Source: an uncultured Cytophagales bacterium (GTDB taxonomy: Bacteria; Bacteroidota; Bacteroidia; Cytophagales; Spirosomataceae). Taken from it: a DNA stretch of 64,000 bases. The first letter of the stretch is position 1; each line of letters begins with the position of its first letter. Location of the stretch: positions 18,417 through 82,416 of the forward strand of contig CAWDMP010000001.1 in NCBI GenBank assembly GCA_963803495.1, written 5' to 3'. A program made the translations under genes and the position numbers. Of the stretch, positions 39,442-47,080 are shown piece after piece. A model generated the notes under the pieces. It was not told the origin of the DNA, ran no database searches, and was given only the letters and a program-made list of their open reading frames with translations.

Positions 39442-40074
39442 ATGGAATACGAAGGAGTAGGCCCGGAAGTGGAATTTGTCGGCGGACGCGGGCCGCGCGG
39501 CTGGACGCCGTTGTTTCAATTTGTGAAAATTTCGGAGGGGCAATTTGCCCTAGCGCTATTCGATTGGACAGGCGGAAAACTGCCAAAGCCCCCGACGGGG
39601 TTCGTAAATGAGACGGAGGTATTGGGTTCTTGGGAGACGGCGACGGTATTCGGTGGGCTGCCTGGCGCGAGTGCCTACGATGTGTGGATCGAGGAAGGGA
39701 ACGTAGGCACGAAGGCTGAGTATCTGGAATCGCTGCGCGGGACTGACGGTGAGCTGACGGCTGCCTACCTGGCGCTGGCGGCGCAGATGAAACAGGCGCA
39801 CTTGGCAGCGGTGCAGTATAACGCGCTGCTGGTGGCACTGTACGGGTCGTTCCCGACCGCTACGGTAGCGGACATTAGGGGCTTGGAGTTTGTGCCAATT
39901 GATGCCGCCAGCGTAGTGAAGCCCGCTTATTTTGTGGCTCAGCTCAATGGTGTTTTCAAGTACTCGGCCACAGAGATGGGCTTCGATGACGCCCAAAATA
40001 TACTGGTCGACGCTTCGGAAAATCGCTGGGTACGAACTAGCCTTTATGAAGACATTTATGATTCAAATCGATGA
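39442..40074 (+). CDS. Tail fibre / collar protein
   Basis: GPRGWTP..DWTGG..KPPTG and GASAYDVW..GNVGTKAEYLESLRG motifs typical of fibre-associated proteins. Confidence 0.65.
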   Translation: MEYEGVGPEVEFVGGRGPRGWTPLFQFVKISEGQFALALFDWTGGKLPKPPTGFVNETEVLGSWETATVFGGLPGASAYDVWIEEGNVGTKAEYLESLRGTDGELTAAYLALAAQMKQAHLAAVQYNALLVALYGSFPTATVADIRGLEFVPIDAASVVKPAYFVAQLNGVFKYSATEMGFDDAQNILVDASENRWVRTSLYEDIYDSNR

Positions 40075-41267
40075 AAATGAAGAAGCTAAAACTGATTGTC
40101 TTATTTCTGATGGTATCGGGCCTGGCGCTTGGGCAGAACGCCCAGGTAGCCAAGGATACGATCAATACCCGCTTGCAGGTTGGATTGAAATACCCGGCAC
40201 CTCGGGTGCAGGATCAGGCGGCGGCTATGCGCTACTTGGTAGACTGGACGGCGGCGGGGCTGGCTGGAAAGCTTAGCCTGGCGGACTCGGCGAAGTTCTT
40301 GCGGGCGGGGTACATCTATAGTAACCCCAACTGGCTGATACTCACGAAGGGCTTCGTCGGTCTTGGTAGTGTCGACAACACGAGCGACGCGAACAAGCCA
40401 CTTTCCAGCGCGGCCATCACGGCATTGGCTGGCAAGCAGGCTCTGATCGGGACAGGCGGGCTGAACTTGGACCGGCTAAACCAAAGCGGAGCGGCATCTG
40501 GACAAACGATCCAATGGAATGGCTCGGCCTGGGTAGCGGCGACGCCCGCGACGGGAGCGGATGCGTTGCTAGCTGGAAACAACACCTGGACTGATGCGAA
40601 TACTTTTGCGGGAGGGATATTACCGGCCTCCAATAATGTAGGCACTATCGGGACTTCGACGCGGGGATTTAATACAATTTTTAGCTACAAATTCCAAAGT
40701 CCCGGACAGATTACGGTTGCTTCCAACACCTCTCACATATCTTTTCAATCCAGCGCAGAATATGGTAAGATGTTTAATACAGGGCGCTGGTTCATAGGGC
40801 CTAACCCTGTGGACGATGGGATTACGACGCTCAACGTCGGCGGCAGGATAAAAAGTAATGCCGGCATTGACATTACCGGGCCGGATTTCACCAATGGGCT
40901 CACCCTGAATGGTGGGAAGATTCTTTTCGCCTACGGAAATCGCCTTGTTATTCAATCGCCAAATTTTACTGGTGGCGGTATTCACTTTGGGGGAACATCT
41001 CAGCAAACCAGCATCATGCAGGTGCTCTCGACCCCATCTAACCCTGGTGTGTATATTGGGAAGGGTGCCAATACGCCTAACAAATCCCAGCCTTCGGCGG
41101 GATTAGAGTTAGAATCTGACACACAGGGGATGCTGCCTTTTCGCATGACGGAGGCCAATCGGTTGGCGGTTCAGAACCCGGCTCCCTGGCTGCACATTCT
41201 GCAAACTGATGGCGATGCTGGGATGTACGTTAATAAGCCCGTAGTGGGCTGGACAAAAGTTTATTAA
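40071..41267 (+). CDS. Tail-fibre-like protein bearing a Sec signal peptide
   Basis: MKMKKLKLIVLFLMVSGLALG-QN; fibre motifs VGLGSVDNTSDANKPLS, QTIQWNGSAWV and SAGLELESDTQGMLPFRMT. Confidence 0.7.
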   Translation: MKMKKLKLIVLFLMVSGLALGQNAQVAKDTINTRLQVGLKYPAPRVQDQAAAMRYLVDWTAAGLAGKLSLADSAKFLRAGYIYSNPNWLILTKGFVGLGSVDNTSDANKPLSSAAITALAGKQALIGTGGLNLDRLNQSGAASGQTIQWNGSAWVAATPATGADALLAGNNTWTDANTFAGGILPASNNVGTIGTSTRGFNTIFSYKFQSPGQITVASNTSHISFQSSAEYGKMFNTGRWFIGPNPVDDGITTLNVGGRIKSNAGIDITGPDFTNGLTLNGGKILFAYGNRLVIQSPNFTGGGIHFGGTSQQTSIMQVLSTPSNPGVYIGKGANTPNKSQPSAGLELESDTQGMLPFRMTEANRLAVQNPAPWLHILQTDGDAGMYVNKPVVGWTKVY

Positions 41268-41287
41268 CCAATTATTAAATCCTGAAT

Positions 41288-41662
41288 ATGAAACGTCTGA
41301 TTGCGATTTCCTTTTTCCTGTTTGCCTTCTCGTCAGCCAACGCCCAGAGCGTGGACATCGCGCTGAAGCCCTTTCCGCTCGAAATTCCCGACGTCAACAA
41401 CCTGAAAGTCGTTCCGATCGGGGCGTTGATAAAATCGGCTGACCCCTCGGATAGCACGAAGTTTATCTACACTCAGCAGATTTACTACGAGCTCAGCCGG
41501 ACCGACGGCCGGGCGGTGGAATCCAAAAACATCGTGGTACCCGAGCGGATGATGGTGCTGCTGGTGAATTATCAGAAAGGCGAGTTGACGGTGAACGAGA
41601 CGTACGAGGTCAACGCTTACCTGGCGTATTTCAATCCGAAAATCGAGATTAGGGAAGAATGA
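41288..41662 (+). CDS. Small Sec-exported hypothetical protein
   Basis: MKRLIAISFFLFAFSSANA-QS. Confidence 0.7.
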   Translation: MKRLIAISFFLFAFSSANAQSVDIALKPFPLEIPDVNNLKVVPIGALIKSADPSDSTKFIYTQQIYYELSRTDGRAVESKNIVVPERMMVLLVNYQKGELTVNETYEVNAYLAYFNPKIEIREE

Positions 41663-42048
41663 CAAACTACCCGGAGATTCGCGTCGAGAAGTATTTCCAG
41701 ACGGATAAGAATGATCTTTTCACGGTCTGTGAAGACTGCTGGGTCGAGATTCTGGGACCGGGGGAAGGTGTGTTGATCCCGGCCGGGTTCGTGACTGATT
41801 TTGCGAGTGTGCCCCAATGGATGTGGGGCATCATTCCGCCACACGGCAAGATGGCCAACGCCGCGATCGTACACGATTATATGTACGATAATCGGCAGTA
41901 TGAGCGGGTATTGGGCATCGACGGGGCGCGGGCTTTTGCCAATGCGCTGTTCCTGAGCAATATGCTTAGGGCGGGGGTGCCTTCCAAGCAGGCACATTTG
42001 TACTACCTGGCTGTGAGGTGGTTTGGAAAAAAATGGTGGGTGAGTTGA
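41659..42048 (+). CDS. DUF1353-family protein
   Basis: IPAGFVTDFASVP, AAIVHDYMY and AVRWFG motifs. Confidence 0.9.
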   Translation: MTNYPEIRVEKYFQTDKNDLFTVCEDCWVEILGPGEGVLIPAGFVTDFASVPQWMWGIIPPHGKMANAAIVHDYMYDNRQYERVLGIDGARAFANALFLSNMLRAGVPSKQAHLYYLAVRWFGKKWWVS

Positions 42049-42078
42049 AAGACTAGGTAGTTAAGGTTTAGGTGTGTT

Positions 42079-42112
42079 ACAGCCCGGATGCGATGCATCC
42101 GGGCTGTTTTTT
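42079..42112 (+). terminator. Terminator
   Basis: 13-bp stem ACAGCCCGGATGC/GCATCCGGGCTGT plus T-run. Confidence 0.9.
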
Positions 42113-42148
42113 GGTCCTTGAATTGGCGGGAAAATGGCTTTTCCTTCG
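42113..42148 (+). promoter_or_regulatory. Candidate late promoter, copy 4
   Basis: GGTCCTTG at 42113 and TCCTTCG at 42142. Confidence 0.6.
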
Positions 42149-42267
42149 TAGCTGCTAAGTTGAAAGACTGTATCCACACTAAGTGGAATTGAAATCTGCT
42201 TATGTCGAGGACATTGATGTCGCCGACATCCGCTTCAATTTGACCTATTATTAATGATCGCGATGTA

Positions 42268-43116
42268 ATGCTTGCAGAGACTTTTTCGGGGCTATGGTAC
42301 CTCCATGAGCCCTTTGCGGCGCGGATGCGGGAAATGATGGTGCCTCGGTTACTGGCGGGGAAAGACCCGCTGCCGGGGCACCTGAAGATTGACGCAAATC
42401 TTGATCCTTACGGGAAAGACGGGAGCTTCGACCCGGACGTCGCGATGATGAATCGGTTTTTGAAAGCGGGCGGCGGCGAAGTGGCGGTAATACCGATCGA
42501 GGGCGCGATGAGTCGCTTCGGCATTTGTGGCATGGGCAACGAGTTCACGGCCCGGATGCTGGCAATCGCGGCCATTGAGCCGACGATCAAAGCGGTAGTG
42601 CTGAAAGGGCACACGCCGGGCGGCTCGGTGGACTCGATCGAGATGCTGGCCGACACGATCAGGGGTTTTCCCAAGGCTATAGTCGGCTACGTGAATGGCA
42701 TGGTGGCCAGCGCGGGGGTATTTGCCTTTTCGCAGACGGACGCGACGGTGATGGAGAATTCGGCGATGGCCGAGTACGGTAGCATCGGGGTGTTAAACGT
42801 ACACGTGGATCAGAGCGGTGCGCTGGAAAAGGCGGGAATCAAGGTGCGGATCTACCGGGCCAGTGAATCGGTGGATAAGGCGAGGTTCAACGCAGTGGAG
42901 CCGCTGACGGCTGAGCTCGCGCAGAAGATGCAGGATGAGCTGGACATGGCCATGACGCTTTTCAAAGGCTACGTGCGGCGGGGCCGGGCCGGAAAACTGA
43001 CCTCGGAGGAGGTATTTACGGGTAAAATGTACAAAGGCAAAGACGCGCAGCGGCTGGGCCTGGTGGATAAGCTGGGCGGGTTGGGCGATGCGATCCAACT
43101 CGCTCGGAAACTCTAA
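42268..43116 (+). CDS. S49-family head maturation protease
   Basis: TPGGSV, MVASAG, YGSIGV and FTGKMYKGKDAQRLGLVDKLG motifs. Confidence 0.92.
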   Translation: MLAETFSGLWYLHEPFAARMREMMVPRLLAGKDPLPGHLKIDANLDPYGKDGSFDPDVAMMNRFLKAGGGEVAVIPIEGAMSRFGICGMGNEFTARMLAIAAIEPTIKAVVLKGHTPGGSVDSIEMLADTIRGFPKAIVGYVNGMVASAGVFAFSQTDATVMENSAMAEYGSIGVLNVHVDQSGALEKAGIKVRIYRASESVDKARFNAVEPLTAELAQKMQDELDMAMTLFKGYVRRGRAGKLTSEEVFTGKMYKGKDAQRLGLVDKLGGLGDAIQLARKL

Positions 43117-43140
43117 TTTTTCAATTTTCAATTATATAAA

Positions 43141-43572
43141 ATGGGCAAGATGAAGCAATTGGCAGCGGTGATTACGGATTTGTTTCCGAAGAGCGACAAG
43201 GCGGTTTCGGAGAAACTGTCGACGGAGGAATTTAACGAATTTTCGGCCGAAGTAACGGAGCTGAACAAGCGACTGGAAGCGCAGGTGGAAGGCAATAAGA
43301 AAGTGGTGGCCGACCTGAACGCAAAGATAGCGGAGCTTTCGGAAGTGAAGGGTAAGCTGGAAGCGGCCGAGCAATTGGTGGCGGGCAGCAAGGCGAAGCT
43401 GGCTACGGTGATCGGGGAGCGCGATAAGTACAAGGCACATTACGAAAAGGCAGCTGAGGCGGGGATGACGGAAGGCGAAGCCGACTCGAACAGCCAGGGC
43501 GCGACGAAGAAGCTGTCGGGCTACAATGCTCAGGCGGTGGAGCTTTTTAATAAGGTTCACGGCGGGAAGTGA
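43141..43572 (+). CDS. Coiled-coil scaffolding protein
   Basis: 143-aa heptad-rich protein between the protease and the capsid. Confidence 0.6.
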   Translation: MGKMKQLAAVITDLFPKSDKAVSEKLSTEEFNEFSAEVTELNKRLEAQVEGNKKVVADLNAKIAELSEVKGKLEAAEQLVAGSKAKLATVIGERDKYKAHYEKAAEAGMTEGEADSNSQGATKKLSGYNAQAVELFNKVHGGK

Positions 43573-43581
43573 AAAGGGTGA

Positions 43582-43636
43582 ACGGTTAACGGCGGTCCGT
43601 CGCTACGGTTAACGGTTAACGGTTAACGGTTAACGG
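43582..43636 (+). repeat. ACGGTTA heptamer array
   Basis: 4.5 tandem copies at 43605-43636 plus one at 43582; the same unit occurs at ~37781. Confidence 0.9.
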
Positions 43637-43699
43637 GCTTCCTGGCACAATTCATAAGCAACAGTATCCACATTATCCACACTTTTTTAATTTTTTCTG

Positions 43700-44668
43700 A
43701 TGACGAAGATTATTGATTTTTCAAACTTTGCCGACGAGCTGATGACGACCGTCGATGGCAACGGGGCGGTGATCCGCGACTCGGTGGTGTACGGGGCGGA
43801 GAGCCTGGGCGAGGACTTCACGGTGCTACAGACCCGCGACCGCGCGGCCCTGGTACGCATGGACGTGAAGGATGGCTTTGCGCCCGCTTCGGACAATTTC
43901 GTGCCCAAGCAGGTGCTGGAAGTGAAATCGCGTTTTGCGAGCTTCAAGGAGGCCGACATCGATCTGGAGATCAAGCTGAGCGACATCAAGGAGGCTTACC
44001 AGAGCTACCTGGGCTGGATCAAAACCAAAGGCCAGACGCTCAACGACGTGTACGAGAAACCGTTCGAGCTGTACTTCCTGGATTACATCCTGGCGCGTCA
44101 CTTCGAGTTTATACGGCTCAAAACGGCCTGGAAGGGCGTGTACAACGCGGCCGGTACCGGCGCGGGTTCGATCGCGGATGGTTTCATCGCGGCTTTTGCG
44201 GCCGGACGGGCCGTGACGGGCGATATTCCCGCCAGCCACGTGTTCACGGGCGCGGCCATCACGGCTACCAACGCCTACGACCAGTTCAACGGCGTGGCCA
44301 ACCTGCTGGCAACTGAAAACGAGAAGCTGCTGGCCGAAATGCTGAACGTGTACTGCTCGCTGACGGCTTACGACAACTATCGGAAGAACCGCCGGACGCT
44401 CTACAAGGAGCACGTGGGACCGGGCGACCGTCCCTTGGAGCTCGACGACTACTCGAACATGAAGTTCAAGGTCGATCCCGGTTTGGCGGGTAAGAACACG
44501 ATCGTGATCACGCCGAAGAAAAACATGCTCTTCGTGGTGAATGAGGATCTGGACAAATTCCACATCAACATCGTGAAGGACATCAAATCGTTCAAGATTT
44601 CGATCCGGGTGAGCGTGGGCTTCGATTACGCTTCGCCGACCTGGACGTATTTGAACAACCAGGTATAG
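43700..44668 (+). CDS. Major capsid protein
   Basis: 322 aa after protease and scaffold; HK97-like C-terminal pattern (IVITPKKNMLF..FKISIRVSVGFDY). Confidence 0.8.
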   Translation: MTKIIDFSNFADELMTTVDGNGAVIRDSVVYGAESLGEDFTVLQTRDRAALVRMDVKDGFAPASDNFVPKQVLEVKSRFASFKEADIDLEIKLSDIKEAYQSYLGWIKTKGQTLNDVYEKPFELYFLDYILARHFEFIRLKTAWKGVYNAAGTGAGSIADGFIAAFAAGRAVTGDIPASHVFTGAAITATNAYDQFNGVANLLATENEKLLAEMLNVYCSLTAYDNYRKNRRTLYKEHVGPGDRPLELDDYSNMKFKVDPGLAGKNTIVITPKKNMLFVVNEDLDKFHINIVKDIKSFKISIRVSVGFDYASPTWTYLNNQV

Positions 44669-44707
44669 TTCTCTTTTTCATCTATCCACACCTTTTATTT
44701 TTTTGAC

Positions 44708-45403
44708 ATGAAGATTCTTAATTTTTTGATGGCCCTCGGCCTGGTGATGGTGGCGGCCGCGGTGACGGTGACGACGCAAAACCCGCTGATGGGCCTGGCG
44801 GCCGCGAGCTTGACGGCGGTGGCAGTCGAGCAACTCTTCGGCTTTTCGCTGGTGGACTTGGGCGGCTCGTTGAATTTGCTGGCGATTACGGGCTTGAAGC
44901 GTAAGGCACAAACCCTGACGATCGGCGGCGCGAAGCGGCTCTTCCTGGCGCTGACGGAGGATATTGCCAATGAGTTCCTGACTTATGAGCTGGCGAAGAG
45001 CACTGGCGAGTATAGCGGCGCGATTCCGCTGGTAGTAGGTAAGATGTTTGTCGAAATCGAAGCCTGGTACGATACGTCGAAGTTCGATACTGAAATGAAG
45101 ATCGGGGCGGGCTTTTCGCAAGGCATGGAGTTCAAGGTGCTGGGCTATGATAAGGACATCGTGAAGCTGACGGCGCTGCTGCTGGACACGCCGGTGATCG
45201 CCATTATCCAGGGTAACGACGATTCGCGCTACTGCCTGGGTCAGAAGTACATTCCGTTGATGTTCGAGATGAAGAGTGTGCTGCCTGAAAAGGGTACGGC
45301 CCGCAAGGAGGCCACTTTTATGGCCAAGCAGGACGGAATGCAGATTCCCGCCTTCCCGCTGAACGCCGATGTGACGTTCGACGTGACGCCGTTGACGGTA
45401 TAA
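44708..45403 (+). CDS. Putative major tail (tube) protein with an N-terminal hydrophobic hairpin
   Basis: Core IGGAKRLF..GAIPLVVGKMF..IIQGNDDSRYCLGQ resembles Bacteroidota phage tail tubes; first ~55 aa are strongly hydrophobic. Confidence 0.6.
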   Translation: MKILNFLMALGLVMVAAAVTVTTQNPLMGLAAASLTAVAVEQLFGFSLVDLGGSLNLLAITGLKRKAQTLTIGGAKRLFLALTEDIANEFLTYELAKSTGEYSGAIPLVVGKMFVEIEAWYDTSKFDTEMKIGAGFSQGMEFKVLGYDKDIVKLTALLLDTPVIAIIQGNDDSRYCLGQKYIPLMFEMKSVLPEKGTARKEATFMAKQDGMQIPAFPLNADVTFDVTPLTV

Positions 45404-45451
45404 CCCACCGGGGAGCTGGCCGAAGGCGGGCTCCCCACTTCTTTTATTACG

Positions 45452-45646
45452 ATGGCAAAATTTGAGTTTAGTGTGGCGAAGTCGGATGATTACGTCTTCG
45501 TGAACGGCAACACGCGGTATCTGAGCGATTGCAGCCAGGCTGACCTGGCGGTGTTGGCCAAGAACGGCGACAAGCGAGTGAAGCGGGTGAAGATTAAGGT
45601 CGAGACGCCAAAAACCGAAGAAACCGCCAAAACCGAGGAGTCGTAG
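45452..45646 (+). CDS. Small hypothetical protein
   Basis: 64-aa ORF in the head operon. Confidence 0.6.
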   Translation: MAKFEFSVAKSDDYVFVNGNTRYLSDCSQADLAVLAKNGDKRVKRVKIKVETPKTEETAKTEES

Positions 45647-45709
45647 AAAAATGCGGCTTTCCTGGAAAAATGAATTTTCATCGGGCGCAGGCCCATTAAC
45701 GATTATCTG

Positions 45710-45997
45710 ATGAATATTAAAAAGTATGAGGGCTCGTTGCAGCTGGCGGAGATGCGGGCGAAGGCGACGGGATCGAAGGCCGACCTCGAAGTGCTGAAAA
45801 AGGCGAAGGCGGACTATGAAGCCGCACTGGAGGAGGAAGATTCCGAGAATTCGGACATTTCGGAGGAAGATTCCGAAAAAACGGACAAAGCTCCGGCGGC
45901 TAAGACGGCCAAGAAGGCTAAGGCTCCGGCGACCGAGCCGAAGGAAGATCCTAAGAAAGAGGAAGATCCTGAAGATTCGGAAAAAAAAACCAAGTAG
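45710..45997 (+). CDS. Small highly charged hypothetical protein
   Basis: 95 aa, low-complexity E/K/D-rich C-terminus. Confidence 0.6.
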   Translation: MNIKKYEGSLQLAEMRAKATGSKADLEVLKKAKADYEAALEEEDSENSDISEEDSEKTDKAPAAKTAKKAKAPATEPKEDPKKEEDPEDSEKKTK

Positions 45998-46074
45998 CGG
46001 CGCGTAAAGCGACGGAGACTGTACTAGAGCAGCTTCTCGAACAGGCCGATGGCCTGCATCGGGAAGCTGCTCTT

Positions 46075-46443
46075 TTGAGTAATACCCTGCACCAATACCC
46101 GACCGACGACCTGGAAGGGGTGCGGCCGGTGATCGGTCAGATCCTGGCCAAGCGGGCGGCCTGGAAGGAAGTGGTGAAGCGGGCGAATTACGTTAAGGAA
46201 ACCGGGAAACTGCCGGAAGCCGCGCCGGAAAAACCTACGCCGGGACCAGCTCCGGCCGGGGTGGCGGAACTGAAGCTGGAATTGCAGCGGGTGGGCGTGA
46301 ATGTGTCGAAGCTGGCCAAGAAGATCGCCGATCGGCCCGACCACAACAAGGCCCAGCAGTGGGCGGCCGAACTTGATCGGCTGAATGCACTTAAAAGTGA
46401 ATTGAAGCAGCAAATAGTGGATTTGACGTATGCGACAACATAA
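46075..46443 (+). CDS. Hypothetical coiled-coil protein upstream of the terminase genes
   Basis: 122 aa with a TTG start directly after a long hairpin. Confidence 0.6.
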   Translation: MSNTLHQYPTDDLEGVRPVIGQILAKRAAWKEVVKRANYVKETGKLPEAAPEKPTPGPAPAGVAELKLELQRVGVNVSKLAKKIADRPDHNKAQQWAAELDRLNALKSELKQQIVDLTYATT

Positions 46444-47080
46444 TAAGTACCTCGATAAGGTTTTTGAGGAAATGGATGTGTATCGCCAGCATCTGCTGGG
46501 CGATCGGGAGCTGTCGACGCAGCAGGCGGCGACTTTTGAAAAAATTGACATCGTGCGGGGCTGGCTCCGGCAGGGCTTTTCGGATATCGATGTAATTAAG
46601 CTGGCCAAGACCGACCCTCGGCTGAACGTGCAGGATCGACGGGCGCGGGAGATTCTGGCGATGAGTTATGAGGTTTTTGCGGAGCTGAGATCTCTTCGTA
46701 ATCGGGACGGAATCAAGCTGTTGTACGCCGAGCAGTTCAAGGCGGCGGCGCAGCTGGTGATGGAAAAAATAATCGGAATCGCGGATGGTTCGGATCAGGA
46801 GGAGAGCGAAGATTACGACGATGAAGACGAGGGCTTGCCGGATTTTGCGAAAAGAAAACCGAAAGTCGGGGCTAAGGAAATGGCATTACTGATGAAAGAG
46901 TACCGGGCACTGATGAAGGAAGCGGGTACCATCGATGGGGCTTATGATACGTCAAAAGTGGGCTCGGGGGCCAAAAACCGGCCGACGAAAATTGTGCTGA
47001 AGCGGCGGACGGTGATTACGAATGGGGAGACGAAATCGGACGATTTAACGGAGGAGGTAAGCTATGAGTCAGTCGACTGA
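46430..47080 (+). CDS. Putative terminase small subunit
   Basis: HTH-like N-terminus; overlaps the terL start. Confidence 0.55.
   Translation: MRQHNKYLDKVFEEMDVYRQHLLGDRELSTQQAATFEKIDIVRGWLRQGFSDIDVIKLAKTDPRLNVQDRRAREILAMSYEVFAELRSLRNRDGIKLLYAEQFKAAAQLVMEKIIGIADGSDQEESEDYDDEDEGLPDFAKRKPKVGAKEMALLMKEYRALMKEAGTIDGAYDTSKVGSGAKNRPTKIVLKRRTVITNGETKSDDLTEEVSYESVD

Noticed and set aside
29595-42048. Diversity-generating retroelement or invertible tail-fibre locus
   Set aside because: No reverse transcriptase, invertase, TR/VR pair or crossover repeats seen by eye.
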